The notes below the pieces were generated by a model. It saw nothing but the letters and a program-made list of their open reading frames with translations, searched no databases and was not told the origin of the DNA. The position numbers and the translations under genes are program-made. A stretch of DNA of 64,000 nucleotides from an uncultured bacterium (GTDB lineage Bacteria; CSSED10-310; CAZUFC01), in assembly GCA_964619725.1 (NCBI GenBank), contig CAZUFC010000007.1:1-64000 (forward strand). The letters are read 5' to 3'. Positions within the stretch are counted from its first letter, which is position 1. Every line of letters starts with the position of its first letter. Below are positions 31,001-41,160 of this stretch, one piece after another.

Positions 31001-34000
31001 TGATGAAAAGGTCTATGAAATGAGGCCTTACATCCGAACGCGGATCGAACGACGTGTATATCGCCGCAGCCTCCACCTCTTCTATCGCCACGGACGTCCT
31101 GAATCCCATGTTGATGTTGGGCCGGTTCGTGCAGAACCAGCTCGCCATCGAATAACAATACTCCGATTCAGGAACAGCCGTTTCATATATCTCCTTCGGC
31201 GATACGCATTCGAAAATCACCGGCAATTCGCTCTCCACTCCCGCAGCCGTCGCCTTCAACGTTCCCGAAAGCTCCGTATCGCCCGCATGAAATAACGGCT
31301 CCAACTCAAAGTCAATGTGATGATCGCGTCTTAAAAGGAAATGGTCCACGTTCGGCAGCAACAACACGCGGCCCAACAGTCCGCCGTGAGCCGTCACGCT
31401 TACATCCGTCAACGGATCGCCCTCATTCTGAACACGCATCGTCTTCACCAGCGTATTCGGGTCCTCGCTCTCCTCGCTTAACGTAAAATCTATGTCAGGC
31501 CATCGCACGTTTATGATCGTCGGAGCGCTGTCCGTGATGGGCTCCCCCGACTCATCAGCAACCAGCGATACCGTTATGTTGGAAAAACGCACATTTTCCG
31601 GCTTCGATCCATCACTCTCCACGTCCTGAGCATGTATCACCAGCTCAATTTCCCGCGTCTCTCCCGGAGCCAGGTACACCGTCTCCTCCTCGCTTCCCGG
31701 TCCTACGAAATTAACGATCAGCTCGTCGTTGGGATTCGTTATCGACAGCTCCGTTTCGTGCTCAATCACATCTTCATTCTTCACCGCAACAAACCGTTGT
31801 TGATCATAATCACGATCCACTACAAAATTGTAGGCATTCTGAGTGAAAACCACCCCGTTGCCCACGGAAAAATGCCGTACGCCCGTGTCCATATCCCCGC
31901 ATTGAGACTCAAGATGGATGAACCATTCGTAATTTTCATTGCGGGACAGATGCATCACGTCGACCTGATGATCGGTCGTATTTGATCCCGAAGGCAGCGT
32001 TATCCAGTAAGTCGCATCCGTTTGCTTGTAATACAACGTTCCGTCGCAGGCCGCCGACGTCTTCCAACTGAACGTCACGTCGCGGCTGCCCGTGGTCGTC
32101 CCATTCGCCGGAAAACGCTGGCTTACGCTCAACTGTCCGTCAACCTCCAACTGAGCCGTCCGCACATAGTTTATCCCCATCTGGCGCGACGATGCCACAA
32201 CCTCAAACGGATAATCGCCAATGACGGAACATGTATCCGGTATCTCCACCGTAATAATGGCTATGCCTGCGCCGCCCGCTTCGATCTCCAGTTCCGTCTG
32301 ATCGATCTCATACCAAGACGGCGGCAAGGAACCCGTAAGCGTCAAATCGAATATGTCCGCCCCTTGGTTGTCGTTCAATATCAAAATTAAAAACCATGTT
32401 TCATTCCCCACGATGCCCGTACCGATTTCGGGCCACAGCCAGTAAGTTATCGCCCCCTCGCAATAGTTTATCGGCACATGCCTCCAGGCCGAATTGTTCG
32501 ACTCCTTCGATTCCTCCACATCATCGTAAACGTCCGCTTCAACCTTCACCCTTGCATCACATACAGCAGTGAAAGGTATCGATACAGTCTGCTCGTTACC
32601 CGGCGATATGTATCCCAGAACCTTTTCACTTCCGATCTGGATGTACCCCGCGCCGTAATCAGCATAAAAACGCACCGTGCAAGGTCCCGACGTCGCTGAA
32701 CCCTCGTTGTGCACCGTCGCCGATAATGTCGTCTCCTCGTTCTCCTCCGGATAGGAAGGATCGAACACTATGTCGCCGCCCGATATGACCAGATCAGGCC
32801 GGGGAGAAGGGGTATCAGTAGCGGTCGGAGTCACCGTCCACGTCGGAGTATTCGTCCGCGTCGGCGATATCGTCGGACTCCGCGTCGGCGTCCGGGTCGG
32901 ACTCCGGGTCGGGGTCTTCGTCGGCGTTCGAGTCGGAGACAACGTTGGAGACAATGTCGGCGTCCTCGTCGGTGATCTCGTCGGCGATATCGTCGGCGTC
33001 TTCGTCGGCGTGCGTGTCGGCGTACGCGTCGGCGTGAGCGTTATCGTCGGCGTCTTCGTCGGCGAACGGGTCGGCGTGCGCGTTGGAGTTAACGTCCTGG
33101 TCGGAGTTCTCGTCGGCGTTCGCGTCCGCGTCGGCGTCTTCGTCGGAGTCCTTGTCGGGGCAACTCCCAGATTTACGTAAGCTGCTCCCGCATCCGTCCC
33201 GTGATCATCATCGCCTATCGCTCCCATAATTATGAAACTGCCCGATATGTGCACCGAATAACCCAACTGATCGCCGCCCTGACCGTCATACGCTATGTAT
33301 TTCGCATCCTGTATCCAGTTGGAACCGCTGCGACGGAACTTGTAAGCAGAACCGGAGTTTCCTCCGTTGTCGTCATCCTGATACGCCCCGATGACCGCAT
33401 AATCGCCGTACAACTGAACCGAGAACCCAAAAAAATCTTCGCCCGATGCATCTGATGCCGTTATCTTATCCTGCTGAGACCAAGTCGAACCGCTTCGGAC
33501 AAAAACGTAGGCGCTGCCTGAACTTTCTCCGTCATCATCGTCAAAAGGAGCCCCTATTAAGGCATAACTTCCATAAATTGATACAGAACGGGCAAAACTA
33601 TCTGAACTTGTCCCGTCAGATGACTGCAGCGTATCCTGAAGAGACCAGCTCGATCCGCTTCGGACATATACATAGGCAACGCCGACGTCATATGCATAGG
33701 GAGACCCTACGATCACATAACTCCCGTAAATATCTACTGTCCATCCTGTAAAAACCAAGTTTTCCGGAGGATAAAGCTTCTGCTGCAACGACCACGTGGA
33801 GCCGCTTCTGTAATATACATACGCCGATCCGAAATAGTTGGGATCAGATCGATCGAAGGGAACTCCAACAACAAAGTAATCCCCATAAATGGCCACAGAA
33901 TATCCCATAAGCGTTGCCTGAGCCGCGTATACCTTGTGCTGATATACCCAACTGCTGCCGTTCCATCGGTAAATGTAAACCGATCCGTAGGCATTTCCCC

Positions 34001-34367
34001 CAAGCTCATCATCGCCCTGTGCGCCTGCTACAATGTAATTCCCATATATATCCACAGAGAATCCGAAATAATCTTCAGCCTCTCCGTCCGACGGAACAAG
34101 TTTCTGAAACTGGGACCACGATGAACCGTTATAATGATAAACGTAAACGGAACCTGAATTCTGCCCCTTGGGATCATCCTTATAGGCTCCCACCACAGCC
34201 CAATTGCCGTACACCGCCGTTGAATATCCGAAATTGTCGCCGTTAGAACCGTCCGATGCCGTCAGCTTGGCTGCCGCTTCAGTCGATCCGGCGAAAAAAG
34301 TCAAACTAAAGAGACTCAATATGATAATCGCTGATACTCTCAATTGAAACCCCCTTGGATCATGCAA
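25080..34367 (-). CDS. Giant (3095 aa) surface protein: FG-GAP beta-propeller, P/T linkers, duplicated ~900-aa CARDB/Fn3/unknown/CarboxypepD-reg module, right-handed beta-helix, dockerin-like + cohesin-like domains, IPTL-CTERM-like anchor
   Basis: Signal peptide; seven FGYS...VVGA..DD...GSAY repeats; PDLV...NEG...E.NN CARDB twice; NWWG..GPSG; DGDVNND...[30 protein letters not shown]. Confidence 0.82.
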   Translation of the reverse strand: MHDPRGFQLRVSAIIILSLFSLTFFAGSTEAAAKLTASDGSNGDNFGYSTAVYGNWAVVGAYKDDPKGQNSGSVYVYHYNGSSWSQFQKLVPSDGEAEDYFGFSVDIYGNYIVAGAQGDDELGGNAYGSVYIYRWNGSSWVYQHKVYAAQATLMGYSVAIYGDYFVVGVPFDRSDPNYFGSAYVYYRSGSTWSLQQKLYPPENLVFTGWTVDIYGSYVIVGSPYAYDVGVAYVYVRSGSSWSLQDTLQSSDGTSSDSFARSVSIYGSYALIGAPFDDDDGESSGSAYVFVRSGSTWSQQDKITASDASGEDFFGFSVQLYGDYAVIGAYQDDDNGGNSGSAYKFRRSGSNWIQDAKYIAYDGQGGDQLGYSVHISGSFIIMGAIGDDDHGTDAGAAYVNLGVAPTRTPTKTPTRTRTPTRTPTRTLTPTRTPTRSPTKTPTITLTPTRTPTRTPTKTPTISPTRSPTRTPTLSPTLSPTRTPTKTPTRSPTRTPTRSPTISPTRTNTPTWTVTPTATDTPSPRPDLVISGGDIVFDPSYPEENEETTLSATVHNEGSATSGPCTVRFYADYGAGYIQIGSEKVLGYISPGNEQTVSIPFTAVCDARVKVEADVYDDVEESKESNNSAWRHVPINYCEGAITYWLWPEIGTGIVGNETWFLILILNDNQGADIFDLTLTGSLPPSWYEIDQTELEIEAGGAGIAIITVEIPDTCSVIGDYPFEVVASSRQMGINYVRTAQLEVDGQLSVSQRFPANGTTTGSRDVTFSWKTSAACDGTLYYKQTDATYWITLPSGSNTTDHQVDVMHLSRNENYEWFIHLESQCGDMDTGVRHFSVGNGVVFTQNAYNFVVDRDYDQQRFVAVKNEDVIEHETELSITNPNDELIVNFVGPGSEEETVYLAPGETREIELVIHAQDVESDGSKPENVRFSNITVSLVADESGEPITDSAPTIINVRWPDIDFTLSEESEDPNTLVKTMRVQNEGDPLTDVSVTAHGGLLGRVLLLPNVDHFLLRRDHHIDFELEPLFHAGDTELSGTLKATAAGVESELPVIFECVSPKEIYETAVPESEYCYSMASWFCTNRPNINMGFRTSVAIEEVEAAAIYTSFDPRSDVRPHFIDLFINDHLIGELNDIVPSGTYGFSFDPAYLNENPGGTAKNTFSIRTQHFNGGHYVVSSSSLAVVMLEPTTAFICAENEAQAEAIAQILPHNCDEYDFDLDPRVQTIRILDDYGNPCRVFYPDETVNVEVRAENPHPFDTYDVKYSLKIDTDGDDIPDYDSHEEASDWRVILPHNSEDFHTWSWRVPSGHPSIRLKVEAHNAQDYDECWDCPGWNWNFSVGGGITGYVKDEDTEQPIEGASVTASGGYRDPDGTDENGYYEINRMRNGTYNVTAGASGYAPQTLTDLEVQGEVLINRNFNLLIPTATLTPTITNTPTVTQTPTLSATPTLSSTPTLSPTRTVTNTPTLSPTPTASSTFTASPLPTDTPTPGPDLVVKNQYIGFDPVNPEENQTTTLSLRIWNRGDASSGSFTVRFYEDDGTGAVQIGDDHTVPGLSPDETTTVYQTWTAVCGYVCSAAADVLDEVSETDEGNNTGARTVPILYCPDQVGLQLSPELQSAPVGTNPYYFVTLTNDNYGPDTFDMSVTGSLPVSWYDVNPAQMFVNAGDSEVCIFSVDVSSDCGDTGDYPFQFHAASQEMGQDFAADGELEVTSSIEVSLRYPKDDAKTASNDITFSCRTSAESDTTLYYRKNGPGAWTEVSMGSDQKFHSVEVEGFERSTTYIWYVHAESLCGTTDTQVWTFHTRKGVVFTSDDYVFVVDRDYDQHASVTVRNDDVVGHEAELSIDNPNGELIVNFTGPGSEDETIVLGPGESEQVELVIHAQDVEPVDGQGHVIFEDIVVSLTANEQSDPITDCAPTLIKVIWPNVDYAMTEESEDETTLVKTLRVSNDGDTLTDLSVTDQGGLLGRVLFIPQVEHYRLGHAEYVEFQAEPVFSPGESTLSGELKATAGGEEVVLPLTYECEAPKSIYAATVPGSEFCYGMSGWFCTNRPRISMGFRVSVGMEEVTRAVIYTHFSPRSDVRPHYIDLYVNGHLIAELNDMIPSGTYGFSFDPVFLNVNPNGTAGNRFEIRTQHFNGGHYVVTTNSMAMITLDSTTTYVCAEDQAQADAIAQTFPHFCDEITFDLDPRVQSVSILNLQGESQRVFYPGDTARIMVRGENPHPFDQYETTYTLKIDTDGDTGTVEWDSHAEGEDWNVVFDHNDEEFHTWYWTVPSGSPDIQLKVEAHETGNYSNCYDCPEWNWNFRVGGGITGYVRDGDTLDPLEGASVTASGGYHDPDGTDENGYYRIEHLPNGTYDVTAGASGYSPQTLTGLEVMSNILVNRDFELLVPTATPSPTVTLTPTVSPTPTVTSTPTATVTDTPAGSYTPTRTPTMSPTSTPSSTSTPQPNTVNVDDDWTGSAPGEIVGPGYTFGYDAFAKVKEAVTAVSSGGLVLVNPGSYSETVLFDTGFEKTGITVRGDAQNRPVIDGGLKFQNIYALDGLTIENLYLKGYAGYNRVVQLTNSGIIKDLTINDCVIDGENVSHRHGFYGNRLTGTLTVTDTEFKNILGGAVFDTDPSVPGWDGENEYELTHVTFTGNHIHDCNGTVALRGNHGDKITHLEVRDNVWENIGGIQGQSGDFIAALEINHALEAEVRDNTITGVSQGDEGEGQAVRLWDIEDITMMCNDITDNAEGIYVFSGSGPYGGPYVMPGGFIEYNNIANNDQYGLIVDDEALDGPVRADFNWWGASDGPSGWGIGGGDEIWGYVIYEPWLGYPQDDLCPPGCIHDGDVNNDFSMTPYDALMAYKIYLMYIAHPTYEELCSADCNGNDQVSPGDGQCIFLHYLMLDCDCVHEVQKSAEAGRFMSMSDLSLPEPAGGTITVSDAQGCNDDYIETAVRLQNGQRNIEAFAFEVHYDPNMLQYDSCRKTGLISGFEFFAGNRIEPGVVRIGGFDPDAKVSQNAEGDFAILRFRVKCDGCEEGDRSAVTISELKDHTAGFNVIDGEFVYDCSGAPAPTPTPTPTIPQQHQIPAASTSVLAIVILLISVCMAAAFKKKQVIQ
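32805..33160 (-). repeat. Low-complexity (TPTR/TPTK)n linker-coding repeat
   Basis: gtcggcgt-rich tandem units encoding [10 protein letters not shown]...; similar tracts at ~29905-30105, ~27040-27210, ~23035-23235 and ~20420-20640. Confidence 0.9.
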
Positions 34368-34769
34368 ATAATAATTTTTCTGTTTCCATTATCCCCCGAA
34401 TATTTAAAAATTGCAAGCTTCAAATGAATTTTATGCGCCCGTTTATCCCAACCTGCTCAACATACATAAAAATCCTCCAAATGGGCGTTTAAGCCGAAAT
34501 TGATCCCGCATCACGAGAAAGAAAAGAAGCAATTAATTTGACATTCAGAACCAAAGGATTATAACCATAATGAGGGTTTGATTGGGGGTTGTCCCGTTCT
34601 GATCGACATAACCAAAAAAAACAAATGAAAAGGCGCTTGAGATCGTCGTTTTTCATTTTAAATTCATTGATTACCAGTAATTTAACGGCATGCAGCCGGC
34701 ATAATTGCTGATTATTTTCGGACAATTTTTTCTTGTCATTCCCGTGAGACGCCAAAAACGGAGACGGAT

Positions 34770-37103
34770 ATGCAAAACGAATCGAAGAATAAAGAGGTTA
34801 CGCCAAAAACCAATGATGAAAAAAACGAGATTCCTGATTACTTGAAGGCCATAGACAAAGTTTTATTGGAAGTTTTCGACGGAATCCAGAACGGATTAAG
34901 CGTCATCGACACCGACTTTAATATCCTTGGCGCCAACAAATGGTTTCGAGAAATTTTCTCTGATTCAGCTCCTTTAGTCGGCAAGAAATGTTATGAGGTG
35001 TACCAGCAGAGGCAAGAGCCCTGTCCTTATTGTCCGGCCGCTGCAACGATAGAAACCGGGTCTATGCAGGTCACGATAGCGCCCTTGCGTAAAAACAATA
35101 AGGACAAAGGACTGCTGGAACTCACGACCCTTCCCTATAAAGATGAACAGGGCGCTGTCAGAGGGGTCATAGCACACGTTAAAAATATAACGGATCAGTT
35201 TGAAGCTGAGGAAAAATTCCGCGCTTTGGCTTATGCCATGGAATTATTGGCGGATGGAGTCGCAGCGTTGAATACTGAAGGAGAATTGCGGTACAGCAAC
35301 CAATCTTTTGCCGAGCAATTGGGTTGCTCTAAGGCTGAATTGATCGGCAAACAATTCACCGATTTCATGACGGACAGACAAAAAGATCAGTTTCTGCAGG
35401 ATATGGAAAAAATACGACAGGGCAACGTCGTTTCTTCGGTGGAATATACAGGGAAAAAAAGTGACGGTACTTTGATCAATTGGAGTCTCAGTCTTTCAGG
35501 AACGAACAATGACAATGGATATCCATCCACAATAATCGTAGCCGCCCGGGACCTGTCCAGGCAGAAAAAAACGGAAGCCGCGCTGGAAAAGCAGGAAAAA
35601 AAATACAGATTCCTGATAGAAAATTCTCCGCTGGGGATATTATCGACAGATACTGACGGCAACCTTGTCGATGCGAACAGAATGGCCCTGAATATATTGG
35701 GATTGCGGTCAGCTTCTGCAGCCCGGTCCGTCAATGTTCTTAAATTTCCTCCTCTCGTCGGCGCCGGAATAGCCGGCGATATTGAGGAATGTATTCGCTC
35801 CGGCAAGCCTGACATCCACGAACGCCGCTATACATCATTGAAAGGCAAGCAGATGGTCCTTATGTACCATACCACGCCCATTTTAAATCAGGATGGAAGC
35901 ATACTGGGAGTGCAGGGAATAATGGAGGACATCACTGAACGCAAGAGACTGCAGAAACACCTTTACCAGGCGCAGAAAATGGAGGCAGTGGGAACGCTTG
36001 CCGGGGGCATCGCTCACGATTTCAATAACCTGCTTATGGGAATCCAGGGCCGTACGTCATTAATGCTGATGGACATTGACAAAGACCACGAACATTATGA
36101 ACATGTCAAAGGCATAGAAACTTGCATTAAAAGCGCCGTGTCCCTGACGGGACAGTTGCTCGGATTCGCCAGACGCGGCAAATATGAAGTCCGCGCTGCC
36201 GATATGAACGACATCGTCCTGAACGCGTCTGAAATGTTCGGTCGAACGCGGAGGGAGATTCAAATCGTAAAGGATTTACAGCAAAACCTGTGGAACGTTG
36301 AAGTCGACCGTGGTCAAATAGAGCAGGTGATCCTTAATCTTTACGTCAATGCCCGGCAGGCCATGCCCGGAGGCGGGAAAATAGATATTGAAACGCGGAA
36401 TATAACGGTTAATGAAGAATTTTCCCGTCTTTACGAGCTTAAACCCGGCCGATTCATCAAAATCTCAATATCCGATGAAGGGGTAGGCATGGATGAAGAG
36501 ACCCAGCAGAGAATCTTCGAACCCTTTTTCACTACGAAAGAAATGGGCCGGGGAAATGGACTGGGCCTGGCATCAGCGTACGGCATTATCCGTAATCATG
36601 GCGGCAGCATTGCGGTCCACAGCATTAAAGGTGAAGGCGCCACTTTCGATATTTACCTTCCGGCTTCCGACAAGGAAATCCGTCATAAAGACGAATCCGA
36701 CGGAAAAATCAGAAAAGGCGCTGAAACAGTATTATTAATCGATGACGAAAAAACGGTCATTGATGTGGGAATCAAGCTTCTCCAAAAACTCGGTTATAAA
36801 GCCCTTTCCGCGGACAACGGGAAATACGCAGTCGAAATCTTTAAAAATCGCCATAACGAAATCGATCTGGTAATCCTCGATCTCATCATGCCTGAAATGA
36901 ACGGCGGGACCGTGTTCAGAGAACTCAGGACAATAGATGAACACGTCAAAGTGCTGCTTGCCAGCGGATACAGCCTGGAAGCCGAAGCGGAAAAGCTGAT
37001 GAATGACCCCGGCGTCAGTTATATCCAAAAACCCTTCAGCCTCTCCGAATTTTCACAGAAAATAAGACAAGTCCTCGATTCGCCTCTATTGCATTCCGCA
37101 TAA
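34770..37103 (+). CDS. Cytoplasmic hybrid sensor kinase 3xPAS-HisKA-HATPase-REC
   Basis: QAQKMEAVGTLAGGIAHDFNN, NLYVNARQAM, DEGVGM, FEPFFTTK, GLGLAS, receiver LDLIMP. Confidence 0.93.
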   Translation: MQNESKNKEVTPKTNDEKNEIPDYLKAIDKVLLEVFDGIQNGLSVIDTDFNILGANKWFREIFSDSAPLVGKKCYEVYQQRQEPCPYCPAAATIETGSMQVTIAPLRKNNKDKGLLELTTLPYKDEQGAVRGVIAHVKNITDQFEAEEKFRALAYAMELLADGVAALNTEGELRYSNQSFAEQLGCSKAELIGKQFTDFMTDRQKDQFLQDMEKIRQGNVVSSVEYTGKKSDGTLINWSLSLSGTNNDNGYPSTIIVAARDLSRQKKTEAALEKQEKKYRFLIENSPLGILSTDTDGNLVDANRMALNILGLRSASAARSVNVLKFPPLVGAGIAGDIEECIRSGKPDIHERRYTSLKGKQMVLMYHTTPILNQDGSILGVQGIMEDITERKRLQKHLYQAQKMEAVGTLAGGIAHDFNNLLMGIQGRTSLMLMDIDKDHEHYEHVKGIETCIKSAVSLTGQLLGFARRGKYEVRAADMNDIVLNASEMFGRTRREIQIVKDLQQNLWNVEVDRGQIEQVILNLYVNARQAMPGGGKIDIETRNITVNEEFSRLYELKPGRFIKISISDEGVGMDEETQQRIFEPFFTTKEMGRGNGLGLASAYGIIRNHGGSIAVHSIKGEGATFDIYLPASDKEIRHKDESDGKIRKGAETVLLIDDEKTVIDVGIKLLQKLGYKALSADNGKYAVEIFKNRHNEIDLVILDLIMPEMNGGTVFRELRTIDEHVKVLLASGYSLEAEAEKLMNDPGVSYIQKPFSLSEFSQKIRQVLDSPLLHSA

Positions 37104-37131
37104 TCGCCGACATGCTTCCTGATATTCTCCT

Positions 37132-39075
37132 TTACGCGTTCTCCTTATTCTTTATATAATTCAGCAAACCTCCCGCCAGGATTATATCACGGCTTCTTTC
37201 CGACAACATGTGAACGACCGGAATCCGTATGTTCCTGGTAACATTATGCAGCGTCAGGTTCTCGTCATTCTCCAGTTTTTTTCTGACGTCCGGAACGGCG
37301 ACATGATCGCCCTGATCAATCTTGTCGTAATCTGTCTCATCGGCAAAGGACAAGGGCAGTATGCCGAAATTGACCAGATTCCCCGTGTGAATCCTTTCCA
37401 GGCTTTTAGCGATTACGGCTTTGACCCCCAGATACATGGGGCACAGAGCGGCGTGTTCTCTGGAAGAGCCTTGACCGTAACTTAAACCGCCTACGATAAA
37501 ACTGTGTTCTCCTTTTTTCTTTGCGTCGAGAGTCCTTTCAGGGAAGGCAGGATCGACAGGTTCAAAAACGAATGTGGAATACTTGGGCACATTTGATCGA
37601 TATTTGAGGCGAGAACCGGCCGGCATGATATGGTCTGTGGTTATCTTGTCTCCCACCTTCAGCATAATTCTGCCCTGAATCACTTCCGGCAGCGGTTCAT
37701 TGGACGGCGGATCGCCTATGTTCGGACCCCGTTTTATCTCCACCCCGGACGGGTCTTCCGCCGGCTCAACCACCATACTGTCGTCAATATAAAATTTATC
37801 GGGCATTTCTACCGAAGGATACTCCATACCCAGGTCGCGAGGATCGGTTATGACTCCTTTGACGGCGGCTGCAGCCGCTGCTTCAGGACTGACCAGGAAA
37901 ATTTTTGCGGACCTGGTTCCGGAACGTCCCAGGAAATTCCTGTTGTTGGTTCTAAGCGATACGGCTTCCGTGTTCGGGGCCTGACCGTTGCCAATGCAGA
38001 AACCGCATGTCGACTCCATTATCCTGGCGCCCGCTGATATCAAATCAGCTAAAGCGCCGTTGTCCGCGATCATTTTAAAAACCTGCTTGGAACCGGGAGC
38101 TACGGCTAAGCTCACGTTCGGATGTACCGTTTTGCCCTTCAGTATCCTTGCCGTCGTCACCAGGTCCTTATACGAAGAGTTGGTACAACTGCCGATGCAA
38201 ACCTGGTCCACTTTCATCCCGGTAAGTTCCCTGATCGTCACCACGTTGTCCGGGCTGTGCGGTTTTGCCGTTAAAGGAACAACCTCGGACAGATCGATAA
38301 CGATTTCTTTCTGATATTTCGCGTCATGGTCCGCTTTCAGCTCTGTCCAGGCTTCCTCTCGTTCCTGCGCTTTTAAAAATTCCCTGGTGGTTTCGTCGCT
38401 GGGAAATATCGAAGTGGTTACGCCCAATTCAGCGCCCATATTGGTAATCGTCGCCCTTTCCGGAACAGACAACGTTTTTACTCCGTCTCCGGCATATTCA
38501 ATGACGGTCCCCACATTGCCCTTGGTCGAGAGGATTTGCAGCAACCGGAGAATAACATCCTTGGCCGTAACCCAGGGATTCAGCCCGTTCTTCAACACAA
38601 CCCGGGTTACGGCGGGACAGGTCAGATAAAAAGGACTTCCGCCCATGGCCGCCGCCACGTCCAGACCGCCCGCTCCAATAGCTATCATTCCTATGCCTCC
38701 ACACGTGGGCGTATGACTGTCCGATCCCAGCAGCGTTTTACCGGGCGTGCCGAACCTCTCCAGATGCACCTGATGACATATGCCGTTCCCGGCCCGCGAA
38801 TATTTTATCCCGTATCTGGCCGCAACAGACTGCAGATAACGATGATCGTCCGCATTCTCAAAACCTTCCTGCAACGTATTATGATCCACATAACTGACCG
38901 ACAGCTCCGTCTTCACCCTCGGCAACTCCATCGCCTCAAACTGCAGATAAGCCATGGTCCCCGTCGCATCCTGCGTCAACGTCTGATCTATCCGTATGCC
39001 GATCGGCTCTCCCGGCTCCGTTCGCCCATCTTCAAGATGCGAATTGATTACTTTTTGAACAATATTGTATCCCAT
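37132..39075 (-). CDS. Aconitate hydratase (short ~650-aa type)
   Basis: QTLTQDATG, DHN, GICHQ, DSHT, IGSCTN, CGFCIG, RTNNRNF, TTDHI, GSSREHA. Confidence 0.92.
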   Translation of the reverse strand: MGYNIVQKVINSHLEDGRTEPGEPIGIRIDQTLTQDATGTMAYLQFEAMELPRVKTELSVSYVDHNTLQEGFENADDHRYLQSVAARYGIKYSRAGNGICHQVHLERFGTPGKTLLGSDSHTPTCGGIGMIAIGAGGLDVAAAMGGSPFYLTCPAVTRVVLKNGLNPWVTAKDVILRLLQILSTKGNVGTVIEYAGDGVKTLSVPERATITNMGAELGVTTSIFPSDETTREFLKAQEREEAWTELKADHDAKYQKEIVIDLSEVVPLTAKPHSPDNVVTIRELTGMKVDQVCIGSCTNSSYKDLVTTARILKGKTVHPNVSLAVAPGSKQVFKMIADNGALADLISAGARIMESTCGFCIGNGQAPNTEAVSLRTNNRNFLGRSGTRSAKIFLVSPEAAAAAAVKGVITDPRDLGMEYPSVEMPDKFYIDDSMVVEPAEDPSGVEIKRGPNIGDPPSNEPLPEVIQGRIMLKVGDKITTDHIMPAGSRLKYRSNVPKYSTFVFEPVDPAFPERTLDAKKKGEHSFIVGGLSYGQGSSREHAALCPMYLGVKAVIAKSLERIHTGNLVNFGILPLSFADETDYDKIDQGDHVAVPDVRKKLENDENLTLHNVTRNIRIPVVHMLSERSRDIILAGGLLNYIKNKENA

Positions 39076-39306
39076 ATCTCCTCCCGAAAAATCCAACGCC
39101 CGTTATATCAGACCGTTTTTCGTTAAATGAACAGCGGGGCTCGATTATTTTCAGGCTCATCTACCGTACCAGACATCCATCAGGCACGCCTTAAAAACAA
39201 CCGAACCCCGTTTCCGGTTTTTTTCGCTTCGCCGCCTCAACAGCCGATGACCTTCTTAAACCGCCATCACCGATGCGCAGTAAGCTACTCAAAACCCTCT
39301 GTTATA

Positions 39307-40584
39307 TTACGCTACGCCGATAGCTTTCTTCACGCCCTGAGTCGTCAGCGATTTGGGCCTGGTTATCGGCTCGCCCATCGCTCTCGACATCACAGCCTGT
39401 GAACAAAGTCCCAAGGCACGAGATACCGCAAAAGGCACTGTGTAATAAGGAAATTCCTTTATTCCAAAGTAATACAGCAACGAACCCGAACCCGCATCCA
39501 CATTCGGCCACGGATTCTTCGCCTTGCCATGCTCTTTCAGCACTTCGGGCACGATGTTGAACATCTTTTCTACAATCTGGAACGCCGACGAATCTGAGCA
39601 ATACTTTTTACCGAAATCTATAAAGGCGCTGAATCTCGGGTCCGTCACCCTCAACACCGCATGGCCGTATCCCGGTATCACCCGGCCTGAATTCAGCGTA
39701 TCCCAGCAGAACTGAGTCAATTCCTCGTCGGAAGGAACGCGTCCGTACTTGTCATAGATGCTCAATACGAAACCGAGACATTCCTGATTGGCCAGTCCGT
39801 GAAGCGGTCCCGCCAATCCGTTGAATCCGGCAGATACCGAGTAATACAGATCGGAAAGCGCCGAATTCACTATATGACAGGTGAACGCGCTTACGTTGCC
39901 GCCCTCGTGATCGCTGTGCAATACCAGATACAAGCGCATCAAATCCATGAACTCATCCTTGTCGTTCACTCCAAGCATCCGGGCATAATTGGCCGCCCAG
40001 GACAAGTTCGGATCAAAATCTATCCGGGGTCCCTTGTTATACCTGATCCTATATACGCCGGCAGCTATGCTCGGCATCTTCGCCAGCAAACTTAAAGCAT
40101 CCTCGAGCGTCGGGCGCCAATAGTCCATCTTGCTCATGCCTTCATCATATTTCTTCTTGAATATCGAATACTTCTGCATCGATAATATCGCCGTATCCAG
40201 CATCGCCATCGGATGAAAATCATCAGGAAGCGCTTCAAGAACCTTCCATACGTATTCCGGCACCTCGGCTCGCTTGTTCAATTCCTGCTGTAAGTCCTTC
40301 AATCCCTCCTCATCAGGCAGCTCACCCGTCAACAACAGGAAAAAAATCTCCTCCGGCAAACGATCCTTTAAATCAAATATCGGACGCCCGCGGATGATCA
40401 ATCCCGCATCAGGAGACACCAACGAAGTATTGCAGAATAATCCCTTTACTCCGCGCATCCCTCCGAATGCCTGCGTCACAGTCACATCGGACAACTTCTT
40501 GTCCCCATGCTCCTTCAACAGATCGCGGATTTCACCCTGCCATTCGGGTATCTTCTTTTCCAATGTTTGCATAAGAGTCGCCAT
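39307..40584 (-). CDS. gltA: Citrate (Si)-synthase, eukaryote-like type
   Basis: GGMRG, HPM, LHSDHEGGNVSA, GLAGPLHGLANQE, PGYGHAVLR.TDPR, NPWPNVDA, RPKS. Confidence 0.93.
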   Translation of the reverse strand: MATLMQTLEKKIPEWQGEIRDLLKEHGDKKLSDVTVTQAFGGMRGVKGLFCNTSLVSPDAGLIIRGRPIFDLKDRLPEEIFFLLLTGELPDEEGLKDLQQELNKRAEVPEYVWKVLEALPDDFHPMAMLDTAILSMQKYSIFKKKYDEGMSKMDYWRPTLEDALSLLAKMPSIAAGVYRIRYNKGPRIDFDPNLSWAANYARMLGVNDKDEFMDLMRLYLVLHSDHEGGNVSAFTCHIVNSALSDLYYSVSAGFNGLAGPLHGLANQECLGFVLSIYDKYGRVPSDEELTQFCWDTLNSGRVIPGYGHAVLRVTDPRFSAFIDFGKKYCSDSSAFQIVEKMFNIVPEVLKEHGKAKNPWPNVDAGSGSLLYYFGIKEFPYYTVPFAVSRALGLCSQAVMSRAMGEPITRPKSLTTQGVKKAIGVA

Positions 40585-41160
40585 TCCACCTGCTCCTTTC
40601 AAAAAAGTTTAATTCGTTAAATGAAACACTTCTCACATCTCGCTGAAATGTTGATCTTTCACCCCCTTCTTCAATCCTTAAAGATTATGAAAAAAATCTT
40701 TCTTCTTGAAATTATCTGCTGGATTATTCTCAGTATTGTTCTCCTTAAAAGCAAGAGCGGAAAACGTTCAATAACCGCTAATATACAATTTTTTCATGGA
40801 AAATCAACCCTTTTTGTAAATTTTTCGGAAAAATCCAGTTAAAAATAATTTTGCCTGCATGCCGGTTTCGGGGTCCGTGAGAGCGGCTTGATTCGAAAGC
40901 TCTATTCTTTTAAGATAATTCCACGTTTCACAGGTCCCAGGGGCCGAATAAATCCGGCGGCTCCCCTGAAAAGCAATGAAGAATTGACCGGGAAGTGAAA
41001 AGAGAAATTCCTGCGGATGGACCGGGAAAGGGGACCGGAGGGAACAGAAATTCAGAAGTCCCGGTTGCGAAAAGGCGAAGAACGAACAGGAGCTGATTAT
41101 GCCGGAGAGTTTCAAAATAGGTGCGTCAAGTGCAACGCATTGCATCGGAAGGGCATTACA

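Noticed and set aside
27208-32799. Diversity-generating retroelement TR/VR pair
   Set aside because: Both copies are in-frame parts of one ORF, differences are not visibly adenine-specific, and no reverse transcriptase is in the window
32770-33180. Val/Gly-rich + strand ORFs (also 20390-20677) and Arg/Pro-rich alternative frames near 23000-23340
   Set aside because: Shadows of the Pro/Thr linker repeats
40620-41160. Riboswitch or ncRNA in the gltA-hydantoinase divergent gap
   Set aside because: No conserved riboswitch signature recognisable without a covariance-model search
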